A DNA stretch of 64,000 nucleotides from Massalongia carnosa (taxonomy: Eukaryota): assembly GCA_965645245.1 (NCBI GenBank), contig OZ287069.1, positions 1 to 64,000 of the forward strand. The letters are read 5' to 3'. Shown here piece by piece: positions 41,701-53,428 of the stretch (the first letter of the stretch is position 1; the number at the start of each line of letters is the position of its first letter). The translations under genes were made by a program, and so were the position numbers. Below the pieces are notes generated by a model that was given only the letters and a program-made list of their open reading frames with translations, ran no database searches and was not told the DNA's origin.

Positions 41701-44700
41701 GAGTCCTCGTTCCCCCAAGCGTTTAAGAACCTTCAAGACGTGATCTGAATGTTCTTCCTCATTATCACTGTAGATCAAGACGTCATCCAGATAAGCAGTA
41801 CAAAAGACGTCTAAATATTCCCGAACTGAATTATTTATATAACTCTGAAAAGTCCCTGAAGTTTTGCATAAATCGAAAGGCATGACCAGATATTCGAACT
41901 TGCCATATCTTGTGTTAAAAGCGGTAAGCCATTCATGTCCTTCTTTTACTCGAAGACGATTGAATGCCGTAATCATGTCTAGTTTCGTGAAGCGTTTTGC
42001 CTGCGAGAGTTTTCCGAGCGTCTCGTTAATTAGGGGAATAGGATATCGATTCTTTACTGTGATGGCATTCAAGGCTCGATAGTCCACACAAAATCTCAGT
42101 CCACCGCCTGGTTTTCGAACTAGAAGGACTGAAGCTGCTGCTGCCGACGAACTAGGACGAATGAATCCCTTACCCATATGTTCGTCAATATACTTCTTGA
42201 CAGCTTCCCACTCCTGTTCTGACATAGGCTTATAGTTGCTGACATAAGGTGGTTCTTTTCCGTCCATGAGGTTAATCTCGTGATCCTCCTTAAGATATTC
42301 CGGTAGTTCGTCTGCTTTATGCTTCATAAAGACTTCTATCATGCTATGATACTCTGAGGGGATTTTCTTCAACAATTCTTCGCGGGAGTAATCGGGTTTG
42401 CCTTTCATAAACTTGTCATAATCCTTTGAGGTGACGGCCCCAGTGGTTGTGGTACAGAAGGTCTTATGTTATCGGGGAGTCCATAAGTATCCCTCGTGAT
42501 CTTTCTTCCTAACCATCCGAAAGAAATATTTCGCATTGACCGGAAGGACTTCGATATCGTCTTTTGATCCGATCCTATTCTTTGCCCTACTTCCAACAGC
42601 AAATTCGGTGCAGGTTATTCCACGCGAAAGGCATCCCATTTCCAAGCAATCGGCAGAGTTAAACTTCATAATTCGCTCTTTCCAGTCAATGCTGGGGTTG
42701 TGAGTTTGTAGCTACCCATCTCCTAGAATAATCGCGTACACGTCCAGTTTTGCTACAGAGCAAAGGACTTGTTCTTGATAATCCCCGATTTTGACGTCGA
42801 CTAGGGCGGTCCTCGTAAGAAGTTGGGCAACCTCTCTATTTCCAAGGGTCAGTTTAACCCCCGTTTCTAATTTAGAGGTGTTCAGTTTATTTACACGCGC
42901 GAAGGATTCATCAATGAGCTCAGCCTCACTTGCATTATCAACAAGTAGACGAGTCTTAATTCCAGCTATGCTAGTTTTAAATAGTAGATGCTTGCCCTCG
43001 ATCTTCTTTTCAGTATCGAGAACAGCACAACTAGAGACCCTTACTGTCTTCATTTCAGCGCTACCAATTTCACAAATGATATCTTTCTTAAGACGTCCTT
43101 GATCGCGATTTTGATCAAGGACTAAGCTTTTCCCGACTCGGAGTCAGAGTCTATCCCAACAATTCTTGTAGTGTTAAGCTTTTTTTCTTTAAATTGAGGG
43201 CAGATCGAGCCGTTTCCTCGATAACCTGACCCCCGACATGCCCAACAGTGTCCCTGACGCGACAATATATCTCGCTCTTCCTTCTCCAACTTTTTGGGGT
43301 TGGGGTCAGAATCGTACCAAACCCTATCCAACTAGCGGGTTTGACTATCGTGGCGCTGAACTTGGAGTTCGGATTATCACCCGACTTCTTCTCTTTTGCA
43401 CTCGATTGACGAGAATCGGAAATGGAGGTTTGTCCACTCGAGGACTTGCCTTCGCGACCAGAGTTCTTTGACGGACCAGTCTTCTCTGGCCGAGAAAAGT
43501 AGTGAACGACATCCTTACGTTGATCTTCGATTCTCCTAGCTTCGTCGAGCAAGGGACGAAATTCGGTGAAAACTGAACCCATCAGTGAATTAGAGATATT
43601 TGGCTTCAATGTTACAAGAAACTTCTCTACCCTCTCGTCGATGGGGGTTTTGGCCTTTTGCCAAAGCTTAAAAATTCGATGATAGTACTCGCTTACACTT
43701 TCATTACTTTTCATTGTGATGGTGATGAGTTCTTTCTTGGCATCTCGACTCTGGAGATGTATACCCATATAATGTTCGATCTCGTCGAACAGAGCGTCAA
43801 TGGTGAGAGAGTCGCCCATGTCGACGACCCAAGAGTGCATAGCCCCAAAGATAGGCGCTTCTATCTGCGATAGAGCATAACTGACCTTTTCGCCCTCGTT
43901 GGTATAAAGCGGAGAATCTGTCTTAAGCTTGTTTCGGACTGAGTATTGCCAAGGACTATATTCCTCGCGTCTCCGCCTTTCAGAGGCTTGCTGGGATGAA
44001 TGCCACGTGGACGCCAGTTCTGGGGATTTATAATGGTGCTCTGGGTTGTAGCAGTGTCCTCCCGTTGGCCACGAGAGGGGTCGGGAGCTGCTAGCCGTCG
44101 CTCAAGTTTCTCCTTCTCTTTCTGTAAGTCCTGTTGGGCCTGGAGGGTTTCTTCCAACTCAATTTCTTTATGCGAAAGCTCTTCCTGAGCAAGAAGGATT
44201 TGGCGTTCGTCTTCATCCTTTTCGTCAGCGAAACGGTCATTAATCTGCTTATATTGTTCTAAATGCTTCTTGGTCTTGATAAGCTTCTCATGAAGCCCGA
44301 AGCTTTTTTCGTACAGTGTTTTGTCATAGGGAATTGCTCTGGACAAAAACTCATACCAACGAGGACCTTCGTTCTTGTCTAGGACGGCATTTCGGAAGTC
44401 TTCTAGGATGCGAATTTTGTATCGTGCGGGATGTTTCCGAGTTCTCGTTCGTAGTATGGATGTTCCGAGATGTCAATCTCGCGAGCCCCTTCCTTCTCAT
44501 TTCCTGACCCAGCCTTCGGGGTCTTTTCTAGTGTGCATTCTATCTCGTCTCCTATCTGCTCACCGGGTGTAAGCTCGGAGTCTTCGAACGTCCCTGGCAT
44601 ACTATCAGAGCGAGCCGAATGACGGGACAAGGAACGGGCGCGAGTGTTAAAGGCAAGGCCTGCTTGAGTGTCTTCGCGAGGAGCGCCGGCCTTTCGAGCA

Positions 44701-45007
44701 GTCAGGGGAGTTTTCGAACTCATGACTGTGTTCTGGAGGGGAAAGAGCTCTGTCTTTCGATTCTGGAAGTTTTGAAGGTTCTGGAGTGAGAACCAGCTCG
44801 GATTCTCACGAGTGGTCGTTCTGGAAAGCTAAAGGAGCAGGTCGTTGTCCCTTTCTAAATGTACTGAAAGTTCTAGAAGACTAGAAGAGTTCTAATAAGC
44901 ATTAAAGGTAGTTAAATTATGCCAGGCAGCTTGCCCTGATATTATTCAGTAGCTATGAACTAGAATTTAACTACAAGGAAGGAAAGAAAAGAATAATCAT
45001 CGCTGAA

Positions 45008-48000
45008 TGTGGGTTTACCCCAACTCATGGCACCAGACGTATGACTACGTCAGTGCTTGAGTTGGATGGTAAAGTTGTTCTATTAGCTAGTAGCGAGCGT
45101 GGGCTATATAGGCGTGTGCCCCTTTTCGGGGTCACGTGGCTGACTAGGCGTCCCGTGCCTAACAGTGACGAAGGCCTTAATAGCCTCTAGTCGTGCCCAC
45201 AGCCCGTTCTATCTACTAGTGCTACTAACACTGGAACCACTTAGAAAAACGAAATAAACCCCCTCTATGCCTCGATGCCGGGTTGCATCTATGCCTGCTG
45301 TCCCCCTACGCCCGGCTTTGCTTGCCTGTGTGAGGCCTCATATAGCGTCTCACTCAACCCAACTCGCAACTGACATAGCGCGGCCTCAGGTTCATTGAAC
45401 ATCATCACCCTGCCATTTTATCGCCGCCCTACAGCCTGATGCTCGTTCTACCCACTCGGTCGTATCTAGGTTGATGCGATTAGTATCAATCACCGTTTTG
45501 AGGGCCGAGGATGCCTTTGTCTTGGTCATGGAGTCGGCGGGGTTGTTGTGGCCATGAATCCATTTCACCTCGGTCACCTCACGTCTCTCGTATGACTGAC
45601 GGAGACTCATGACATCAATCATTAAGAGTTTCTCTTGGGTCGTCCCGAGTTTTACTAAGCAGTCATATAGCGATTTTGAATCCGTGCAGAGAATCAGTGG
45701 AATGTCGGTTCCGAGAAGTTTGCTAAGGGTTGCCTTTATGACGGCCCCGATATTGAACCCATGTGCCATGCCATATAGCTCGGCGGCCAAGACACTCCGC
45801 GTCACCCTTTTACACTTAATTGATGACCAATGAATGACGTTGGCTTTGTCAGTCGAGTCAGCAAGGCATATGACATCACCGATTTGTGATGAGAGGTCTC
45901 GGTTGTTGGCAAAGGATGAATCGGTGAAAACGACCAACTGAAGGCTGTTTCGATCGAGTTTGACGTATTTCAGCCCTCGGGATTGATTGTCTATTTGCCA
46001 CTTAAGTCGCTTGTTTAGGGCATTGATATCATCTGAGGAGAACTTTGTTGACTGAGCGGCATAAGATAGATCGAAAGAGGCCTCGGGCTGACAGATGGAA
46101 GCTGTGTATGCACCTCTAGCTCGTTGGGCCACATATTGCTCTCTCGAAGACAACTTTTCTCGAACGATGCCTCGCGAGCTAGTTGTCGAGGCGTCATGAT
46201 TCTTAACCAGCGAGATGCCTCCAACACGAGTTTCCTGGCTCAACATGATGTCTCTGCTCGGGGCGAGTCGGATCATGGTGCCATTGAACTTGATTGGGGT
46301 TTCGAGGATGAGATGAGTGCGCTCTTTAGTCATGATCTTAGCCTTCTTGATAGCATCTTCTTCTTCGGCCGAAAAGGTGTCGCTTGCTAGCATAAGGGTG
46401 TCGTCAGTTTGTAGGCCAACGATGCCAATAGGCTCGGATTTGTAGAGTAGGCATGGATCGTAGGTTGACTCGGTCATGCCGAGTTTTCTAGTATGATGGG
46501 CATGATACGTGGCGAACCAATGATTGCCTGCTTCCGGGACGCCATAGAGAGGTTTTATGACTTTCAGGATGCAGTTGGATGGAGCTCCCATCATCGCGGT
46601 GAGTTCATGAGGCGGGCGGATGTAAAAGTCACGATTCAACTCGGAATTTGATTGAACGTATGCCTGAGTGACGTCGCGAAGGTATAGCTTTGTTGACTCA
46701 TTTTGAAATGTTGCTGTGAGGCAGATGATAAGACGTTGACTGACTCGTTGAATTGTCGGTGACTGTGTCAGAACGAGGTCTTTATTGAGGTCATTGTAGG
46801 CCTGTACGACCAGACGTGATTTCTCGAAAGACTTATCGGTGCCAGGATTCTTTATTTCGTCAACAAACCTCGAGTTGAAAACGCGTGCGTCATCTGGAAC
46901 GTCTTCAGAATTTACGAGTTTGAATACACCTTTTTCTAGAAGTCCGGCGACTTCCTTTTGCCTCGATGAGGTGAATTGGGGTAATTTCGAGATGTCGTCA
47001 TCATTATCTTCAGGAGTATCGATGACGAAGCAGATGTTGGAAGGCGTAGTGAAATTGACATGTTCGGGATGCTTTCTGGGTCTTCCACGGCCACGTTTGA
47101 CTGGTGCTGATGGTGCTGATGAAGGTGAGGCAGTCGGGGCAATGATTCCCGAGACGAGGGGATTCGTAGGAGGGGTGTCTCTTGCATCGATCGAGGGAAC
47201 ATGTCCCGAGGTGCGAGGGTTAATAGATGAGGCATCTCCTGTACCATCATCTATACGTCCTGCACCAACGTCGGCGTCTCCTGCGCTTTCGTCATCTTTT
47301 TCATCTTTATTTGTATCCTTCATGCCATCAGCAGCAAGGTCGTAGTACGGTTTCAACGAGGTGGAACGGAATTTGGTGGGTCCGCTCGACAGCTCGATGA
47401 TAGCCGACTCGCCTTGTAGGCTGAGAAGTTTGTATGGTCCCTTCCACGTCCCTGATCGACCTGCATTGCCTTCTCGGAATACTAGCACCGGCGAATTGAT
47501 GGGCAAGTCGTGAATCAAGGTGGTGGACGGGCCGTTTCGAGTGTTCAATGCATCATTAACCTGACGAGATGCATGCAGCTTGCGTACCTCCTCCATAGCC
47601 TTTCTCATGGCTATCGTGCGTTGGGTGATTGTAGGCGAGGGAGCATCCATTTCAGTCATTCTCGGGTAGGCACCGAACACAAGCAACGTCGGAACTAGAC
47701 CATTCGGTCCTACCGAGTCGTTGAGTGCCTTGAATGCCATTTGTAGGGCCAACTCGGGCTCGATTCCGGGAATTTCGGCAGTTATGATGCTATATGCTCG
47801 ACGAAGTGGTCCATGATAGCGTTCAACTAGACCGATGGAGTGATGCGCTTCGACGGGGACGTTTTTGACAATGATTCCCATGTTTGCAGCATATTGTCGG
47901 AATTCCCTGGCCATGAACTGTTTGCCTGCATCGGCCGAGATGAGGTCGGGGGGGCCGAGATAGGTATCGATCCAACATGCCCGTAGCTGATCCCATACAT

Positions 48001-50883
48001 GTCTGGCGGAAATGTCCTTCAGCCACCGTCCTGCTTGAAATCGAGTTGCCTCGTCGACTAACTGCAGCACCGCCTTGCCTTCTATGTAAAGAATATCGAC
48101 GACAATGTGGTAATTAAACTCGACGTCATCTTTTATGGTAAAACCGAACCTGCCTGGCGACTTTCCGTGCTTCTGACAATGGTGGCAATATTTAACGAGG
48201 TATTCTAGGGCTCGAAGGTCGACATCATGACCTGATCGCTCGAGAATCCGATGTAGGCGCGAGACTGGTGGGTGCCCGAAGCGACGATGTAGTCGGCGGA
48301 GCTCGGTGGTAGTTAAGAAGCATGGATTTTCCGAGAATGATTCAATCGCGAGGGCATATGCGGATGTGCACCATAAAAGAAACGCATGACCATACCGGCG
48401 AATCACAGGATGAGTATGTTGGGCCTGAACAACTTGATTGGTTAGGTTATTGAAGAAGGCACCTAGCTTGTCCATGTCGGCGAGGCAGAGGAGAAACGGC
48501 GTATTGACTCGTACTATATGAAAGACGATTCTTCCTATGGGGGTATTCAGGTTGGCCGTGCCGATTGAAGACGTACTACCGATACCAAAGACGAAATTTG
48601 CTGACCCAGCCGTTGTCTCGTCGAGTTTTATCGAGATGATCTTCTGCAAGGCCTTTAGCTGCCCAATGCCACCGGTTGACCGAGTTGCAGCACCGGAATC
48701 GATCAGTAGCCCTTTAAACTCGGACTCGTCGTAGCGAGTGTCGGTTGACGTGATAATACTGTAGGGCACTGAGACGGGGGCGATGGTATTGTCTGACCAA
48801 GTTATGCGATGTTCGAAGGCCTTATTGGTCAGCATGTTGATCGCATTAATAGACTCAACTGCATGAAGGGTGCCAATCGAGGTATGAAACATCTCGGTAG
48901 CGACCTCTGCATCAAGAGAAGGGTCTTTTGCCTCGATGGACAGGTCTCCGAAAAAGTGAGCTATTTCGTCTTCATCTTCATCATCGCCCTCATAATTAGC
49001 GATGTATTGACGAAGATTGCGTTCATAGCCTGAGCGATTTTTGTACTTGGGATGCCTATCTCCCCAGCGCTTCTTGGAGTCCTCCTGTTCTTTCGATGAG
49101 TGGTTCGTTGACCAGCATCCTTCTTCATCGCATACGAAGCAGCGTTTTTGACGCATTGGGCCACGAGACGGGTTTCGAGACTGGTTTCGAGATGAATAAC
49201 TTGATCGGTTGAAACGTTGTCCGCCGCGAGAGCGAGGGTTGAAACCGCCTCGGCGATACTGCCGATCGGTGAAGAAAGACTCCACATCGTCCTCATTCTC
49301 GCCTAGATAGCTCCCCTGCGCGGACTTATGCACCGCTTCATAATTGACGATTGAGGCATAGAGGTTATTGACCAATCCTGGTGTGTCCTGTGGTGGATTT
49401 GTTAAACCGGCCGCGAGTGCTGGGTGACCCCTACAGGCCCGAATGATGTTTTCTTGCAGATGAATTGACCCGTGATATGCCGTGTTGATGCCTCGTTGTA
49501 TCGTGTCCAGCTCGGTGCATAGCTTTCTGAGACACTCGGTTGTCGACAGCGAGGGGTTGGCCGAGATAACATCGGTCAGGGAGATGGTTTGCCACTTTGC
49601 CAGATTGTAGCGTTCCCACTCGGGCCCTTCAAAGAATGTCCTCATGTTTTGACAGAAATCATCAAACGACGCGGCGGAACCTCGATTTGCATAGTAATGA
49701 GTCAATGCCTGACCAGAAAGCATAATCGAGGCTCCATGAATGAACGCGATATGAGGTAGTCCGACTCGCCTGCATTTGTCGAGGAATATGGTGAGTTTGA
49801 AACCGAAGTTGTCGCCCGTGCCACTAAACTTGTCGTTATCCTTGTAGATTTTCTCTAGCAGAGTCAATTCCTTGGCGTATTGATTGGTCGAGTTCTCCTG
49901 AAATTGATGATGAGGCGTTTGATGCGATGATTGACTCGGAGGTAGTTGTTGCGAGATCTGCTGAGTAAATTGTGGGGACTGCGACGCGAGGGGTGCCTGA
50001 GGTATGTACGGATTTGGTGATGCAGACTTATGCAATGGGGTCTGGAGTCTCGTATCCTGGTACGATTTTGTTCTCGGATCCGCAGATAGACCTCGCGAGT
50101 TTGCAGCGATGAGATTTAGGTTATCTAACTCGATGATGCTCATGAGTTCTCGCTTTGGGTCGAGGGTTTTCTCGGATAGATGTTTATATCGTCCTTGAAC
50201 CCATTTAATTTGTTCGAGAGTCCAGTCCAGTTCCCATTCCGTGTTGATAGCCTTTCTCATGAAGGATGCGCGAGTCCTGCCGGGCCCGTAGTTGTGATCG
50301 ATCCAAATGCCGTGTTGATAGCAGTAGGCCTTTACGAGTTCCCAGGTGTCTCGATCGAATTTGTTGAAATGCTCCTCTTTGAAGTGCTCGAAGTTTCCCT
50401 GGACGATATTCCATAGATAGTAGTCCTCGTAGTCATTGTCTGCGTATCTTTGGAAGTGATATTTAACATATTTCTTGATTGTCTCGGCATCGGCCGTCTC
50501 CGGATCGATGCCGTTGGGAAAGGGATTTGTTGACTCGGTTGACTCGATCGCGTTTTCGGCGTTCGGAGCAACGCTCGGAGAACCTGCCATAGTCAGCGAT
50601 AGCGAGGTTTTCAGGTTTTAATGATTGGGGTATTCTGATCTGAATAGCTAAACTAATCAGTGTGGGTTTACCCCAACTCATGGCACCAGACGTATGACTA
50701 CGTCAGTGCTTGAGTTGGATGGTAAAGTTGTTCTATTAGCTAGTAGCGAGCGAGGGCTATATAGGCGTGTGCCCCTTTTCGGGTTCACGTGGCTGACTAG
50801 GCGTCCCGTGCCTAACAGTGACGAAGGCCTTAATAGCCTCTAGTCGTGCCCATAGCCCGTTCTATCTACTAGTGCTACTAACA
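45008..50883 (-). mobile_element. Full-length Ty1/Copia, fungal GalEa-like (5876 bp)
   Basis: 223-bp LTRs 45008-45230 and 50661-50883 with 3 substitutions seen. TSD CTGAA (45003-45007 / 50884-50888). CTGATTAG follows the 5' LTR in place of a tRNA PBS. Confidence 0.95.
45392..50590 (-). CDS. Copia Gag-Pol polyprotein (1732 aa)
   Basis: [14 protein letters not shown] knuckle, LLIDSGA protease, HRRFGH...CHHC + DDE integrase, [27 protein letters not shown] and NPADSMTK RNase H, in Copia order. Confidence 0.96.
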   Translation of the reverse strand: MAGSPSVAPNAENAIESTESTNPFPNGIDPETADAETIKKYVKYHFQRYADNDYEDYYLWNIVQGNFEHFKEEHFNKFDRDTWELVKAYCYQHGIWIDHNYGPGRTRASFMRKAINTEWELDWTLEQIKWVQGRYKHLSEKTLDPKRELMSIIELDNLNLIAANSRGLSADPRTKSYQDTRLQTPLHKSASPNPYIPQAPLASQSPQFTQQISQQLPPSQSSHQTPHHQFQENSTNQYAKELTLLEKIYKDNDKFSGTGDNFGFKLTIFLDKCRRVGLPHIAFIHGASIMLSGQALTHYYANRGSAASFDDFCQNMRTFFEGPEWERYNLAKWQTISLTDVISANPSLSTTECLRKLCTELDTIQRGINTAYHGSIHLQENIIRACRGHPALAAGLTNPPQDTPGLVNNLYASIVNYEAVHKSAQGSYLGENEDDVESFFTDRQYRRGGFNPRSRGGQRFNRSSYSSRNQSRNPSRGPMRQKRCFVCDEEGCWSTNHSSKEQEDSKKRWGDRHPKYKNRSGYERNLRQYIANYEGDDEDEDEIAHFFGDLSIEAKDPSLDAEVATEMFHTSIGTLHAVESINAINMLTNKAFEHRITWSDNTIAPVSVPYSIITSTDTRYDESEFKGLLIDSGAATRSTGGIGQLKALQKIISIKLDETTAGSANFVFGIGSTSSIGTANLNTPIGRIVFHIVRVNTPFLLCLADMDKLGAFFNNLTNQVVQAQHTHPVIRRYGHAFLLWCTSAYALAIESFSENPCFLTTTELRRLHRRFGHPPVSRLHRILERSGHDVDLRALEYLVKYCHHCQKHGKSPGRFGFTIKDDVEFNYHIVVDILYIEGKAVLQLVDEATRFQAGRWLKDISARHVWDQLRACWIDTYLGPPDLISADAGKQFMAREFRQYAANMGIIVKNVPVEAHHSIGLVERYHGPLRRAYSIITAEIPGIEPELALQMAFKALNDSVGPNGLVPTLLVFGAYPRMTEMDAPSPTITQRTIAMRKAMEEVRKLHASRQVNDALNTRNGPSTTLIHDLPINSPVLVFREGNAGRSGTWKGPYKLLSLQGESAIIELSSGPTKFRSTSLKPYYDLAADGMKDTNKDEKDDESAGDADVGAGRIDDGTGDASSINPRTSGHVPSIDARDTPPTNPLVSGIIAPTASPSSAPSAPVKRGRGRPRKHPEHVNFTTPSNICFVIDTPEDNDDDISKLPQFTSSRQKEVAGLLEKGVFKLVNSEDVPDDARVFNSRFVDEIKNPGTDKSFEKSRLVVQAYNDLNKDLVLTQSPTIQRVSQRLIICLTATFQNESTKLYLRDVTQAYVQSNSELNRDFYIRPPHELTAMMGAPSNCILKVIKPLYGVPEAGNHWFATYHAHHTRKLGMTESTYDPCLLYKSEPIGIVGLQTDDTLMLASDTFSAEEEDAIKKAKIMTKERTHLILETPIKFNGTMIRLAPSRDIMLSQETRVGGISLVKNHDASTTSSRGIVREKLSSREQYVAQRARGAYTASICQPEASFDLSYAAQSTKFSSDDINALNKRLKWQIDNQSRGLKYVKLDRNSLQLVVFTDSSFANNRDLSSQIGDVICLADSTDKANVIHWSSIKCKRVTRSVLAAELYGMAHGFNIGAVIKATLSKLLGTDIPLILCTDSKSLYDCLVKLGTTQEKLLMIDVMSLRQSYERREVTEVKWIHGHNNPADSMTKTKASSALKTVIDTNRINLDTTEWVERASGCRAAIKWQGDDVQ

Positions 50884-51247
50884 CTGAACCCCTAAACATA
50901 ATCTACCGTGGTGCGCTAGCCAGTCAAGCGACGCGCGCTACTGCTTAGGGGAGTCACGCTGTCCCGTGACCACCAGAGCATGTCGGGTCAGGCCAGGACC
51001 CTGACAGATACTTCGATAAAGCCTTTATTGAATTATTGTCTTCTCTCTTTCTCGCCTCCGATAACTCACGAATGCCTTCCCAAAAGCAATATGAGTCATT
51101 AGGCCGCATGACTGCCTACCAGATCGCCCTGACAACTATGTACACTCTCCTCCTCGGCCGCCCAAACGCTGATGAATTTTTCGCAGCCTCTGTCGTACTA
51201 GCTGCGGAAAAGCCAACTTGGTTTATTCAATTGCGAGAAAATGAGCT

Positions 51248-52318
51248 TCACATGACATGGTCGAGGAAATTATCATCGTCTAGGTCAGAGAGTATCTCCA
51301 CGCCCATCAATTCCAGCTCTTCTCTCGCAGGTCTATGCTTGTCATATGGTGGTGGCCGTGGATTATACCCTGCTGGTCTCTGCTGTGCAAGTGCGTCTTG
51401 CCGAAGCTCTTCAATGTAGCCACTTTCTTTGTCTATATCATTAATCTTCTCATTTTCAGGATGCCACGTAGATAGAGCGCATTTTCTTTTGTGATCATAT
51501 GGATATCGTTCTAATTTTTCGACTTTGTCATCGTCTTCCAGAGTTGGCAATGTATAATCAAATGAGGATTTAGCACTCGTTTCTCCACGAATTCGTTGAT
51601 GTTCCGAGACGTACTCGGCATCTTCATTGATCAAATCTGCGGCCACCCTGGATCGTTTGGTAGGACTGTTGCTGCGGGAAGCCGCTGCTTGTCTCCCAAG
51701 CACGACCGCGTTCGTGATCTCCTCAACAACTCGTTCGCCTGTGTCCGCTTTCAACCGAGAAACTAGTCGGCTCCTTGATCTACTGAGGAAGCCTAACAGG
51801 AAAGGAAATATAGACCAGGCGAACCTCGTAAATAGGAACTCCAAACTGCATTGGGTAATGCTGAGACGAGTACTATGATATAGTTGTCCAATATCCGAAC
51901 TTGGTTCTAGCATGTGTAGCACAAAGCCGTCGGAGTCTTTAGGGAAGAAGACAAATCTGCGCTGATCGAAAGACTTATCATATCGGATCTCAACAAGACC
52001 GCATTACCGGGATCTCTTAGAAGGTTTCCTGGATCCAGCGTCAAGAAAGAATTCCATTCGCTCATAGAATTTGACAGAAACCATTGTCTTTCGTGTTCTG
52101 GGATCAAGTGCAACTTCCGTACCACTCTCAAATGCCGTAATACGACATGTGACATCGCGTTCGCGTATCGCTGCCGTCAAATTGGACTGTGAGATAGTAT
52201 TCAAACCTGCGTCTTGAATACGCCTGCACCGCGTCCAGGTCTCTGGCAGATCTCTCGGAAAAGTCCAGTCTTGAAAGGTGGGCACGACCGGCAATCGATA
52301 AGGCTCAGGCAGGCTCAT
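51248..52318 (-). pseudogene. Fungal HNH-endonuclease-domain protein, frameshifted and 5'-truncated
   Basis: RDVTCRITA...EVA/HLIP...WF...NAVLLRSD...FD and FLFTRFAWSIF blocks spread over three frames (52004..52318, 51907..52155, 51248..51922). Confidence 0.7.
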
Positions 52319-53428
52319 AACAGGAAATTATCGACGGAGGAAGAAATTGAGCTAATAGAACAGGAGAAACAAAAAGAGAAGAACCGTCAGAAAATACTGA
52401 CTCTTCAGATCGAGAGAGCTCAATTACGGCAGGAAAATGCATTGAAAGAGGAATAATTACGAAACCTGTTATCTCTACCCGCTAATTCGACCTTTTTCGC
52501 CAGCCGAGCACATCCGAGGACAGCAAAACTCGCCCTTCCAAGTCAGCAAAAGAGAACCAGTTCAGATCGACTGGACTCAAGCGAGGAGGCTATGCTCAAT
52601 AGAGCGAGGAAGAAGTCGAGGCTGAAACTTAAACAGCCCAAAGAGTTCACGGGAGAAGAGTCTGATCCAGCCGTTTTCAAACAAAACCTGAAACGGTTCA
52701 AACGAGACATAAGAGCAAATCTGTACAAGGAGGAGATAACGGACGAACGAGAGAAGATTGACTACGCCGAGGGGTTCCTCGGGGGTAGGGCGGATCGACG
52801 ATGGGACCATGCCAAGCTCGGAATGTCACAACCAACACTAGAGGAGCTGTTCAACGTGATCGAACAATGCCGAGGAGACCCACATCTCATCATGTTAAAG
52901 GCACAACAAACGTGGCTCGAGGTAAGACAAGGCCTCTATCAGACAGCTCGGGAACACTGGGACGCCCTCGAGCGGATTCAAAGCACACTGCCACTCCAAG
53001 ACGACAACGAGACAGATTTAAAAATCAGCTTCGTTCGAACAATTCGAAAGCCGAGCATAATTCCTTTTACAGCACATCAAGTAGCAAACATAGCAGAATC
53101 TGAACTCATCGATTGTAGAAGTATGAGGTTATTCATTGTTGTTATATTAATGATTCTATGACTCTACTTCTAGGTCTGAAATCCTCCTAGTCCAGGAAGC
53201 GTGCCGCATACCGGAATAGGTCTACTTTTACATGTGACCATAATAATGTCTAGCGCCATAGGTTGGTATCCAACAACCCCCCACAAGCTATGCGCTTGTT
53301 ACGTAAGAATCGCCCACGCTAACGAATCGATTTTTATCTCGTTTTTTCTGGAAGAATCAGCAGCTGTTGGTTGCATCGGTTCATTGGTAGGTTGTGGCTC
53401 CAGGTAGTGTGGCTGTGCTGATTTGGCT

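Larger units (their letters stand above)
39664..51006 (-). mobile_element. Decayed Ty3/Gypsy. 5' LTR (44920-45007 + 50889-51006) split by a Copia; pol split by two solo LTRs; 3' end missing
   Basis: LTR TGTCAGG...CCTGGCA followed by a self-complementary PBS. gag 43122-44723, protease LLVDNAS 42712..43053, RT YLDD 41706..42408, RNase H 40680..41351, integrase zinc finger 39664..40209. Confidence 0.85.

Noticed and set aside
46839..47345. Short antisense and alternate-frame ORFs over TE coding regions (this one and many others in the track)
   Set aside because: Shadow ORFs with no domain motifs, overlapping well-supported genes.
38695..51006. Pairing the LTR at 38695-39055 with the LTR at 44920/51006 as one element
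   Set aside because: The two LTRs share no similarity and no TSD; the region is a chimera of two Gypsy remnants.
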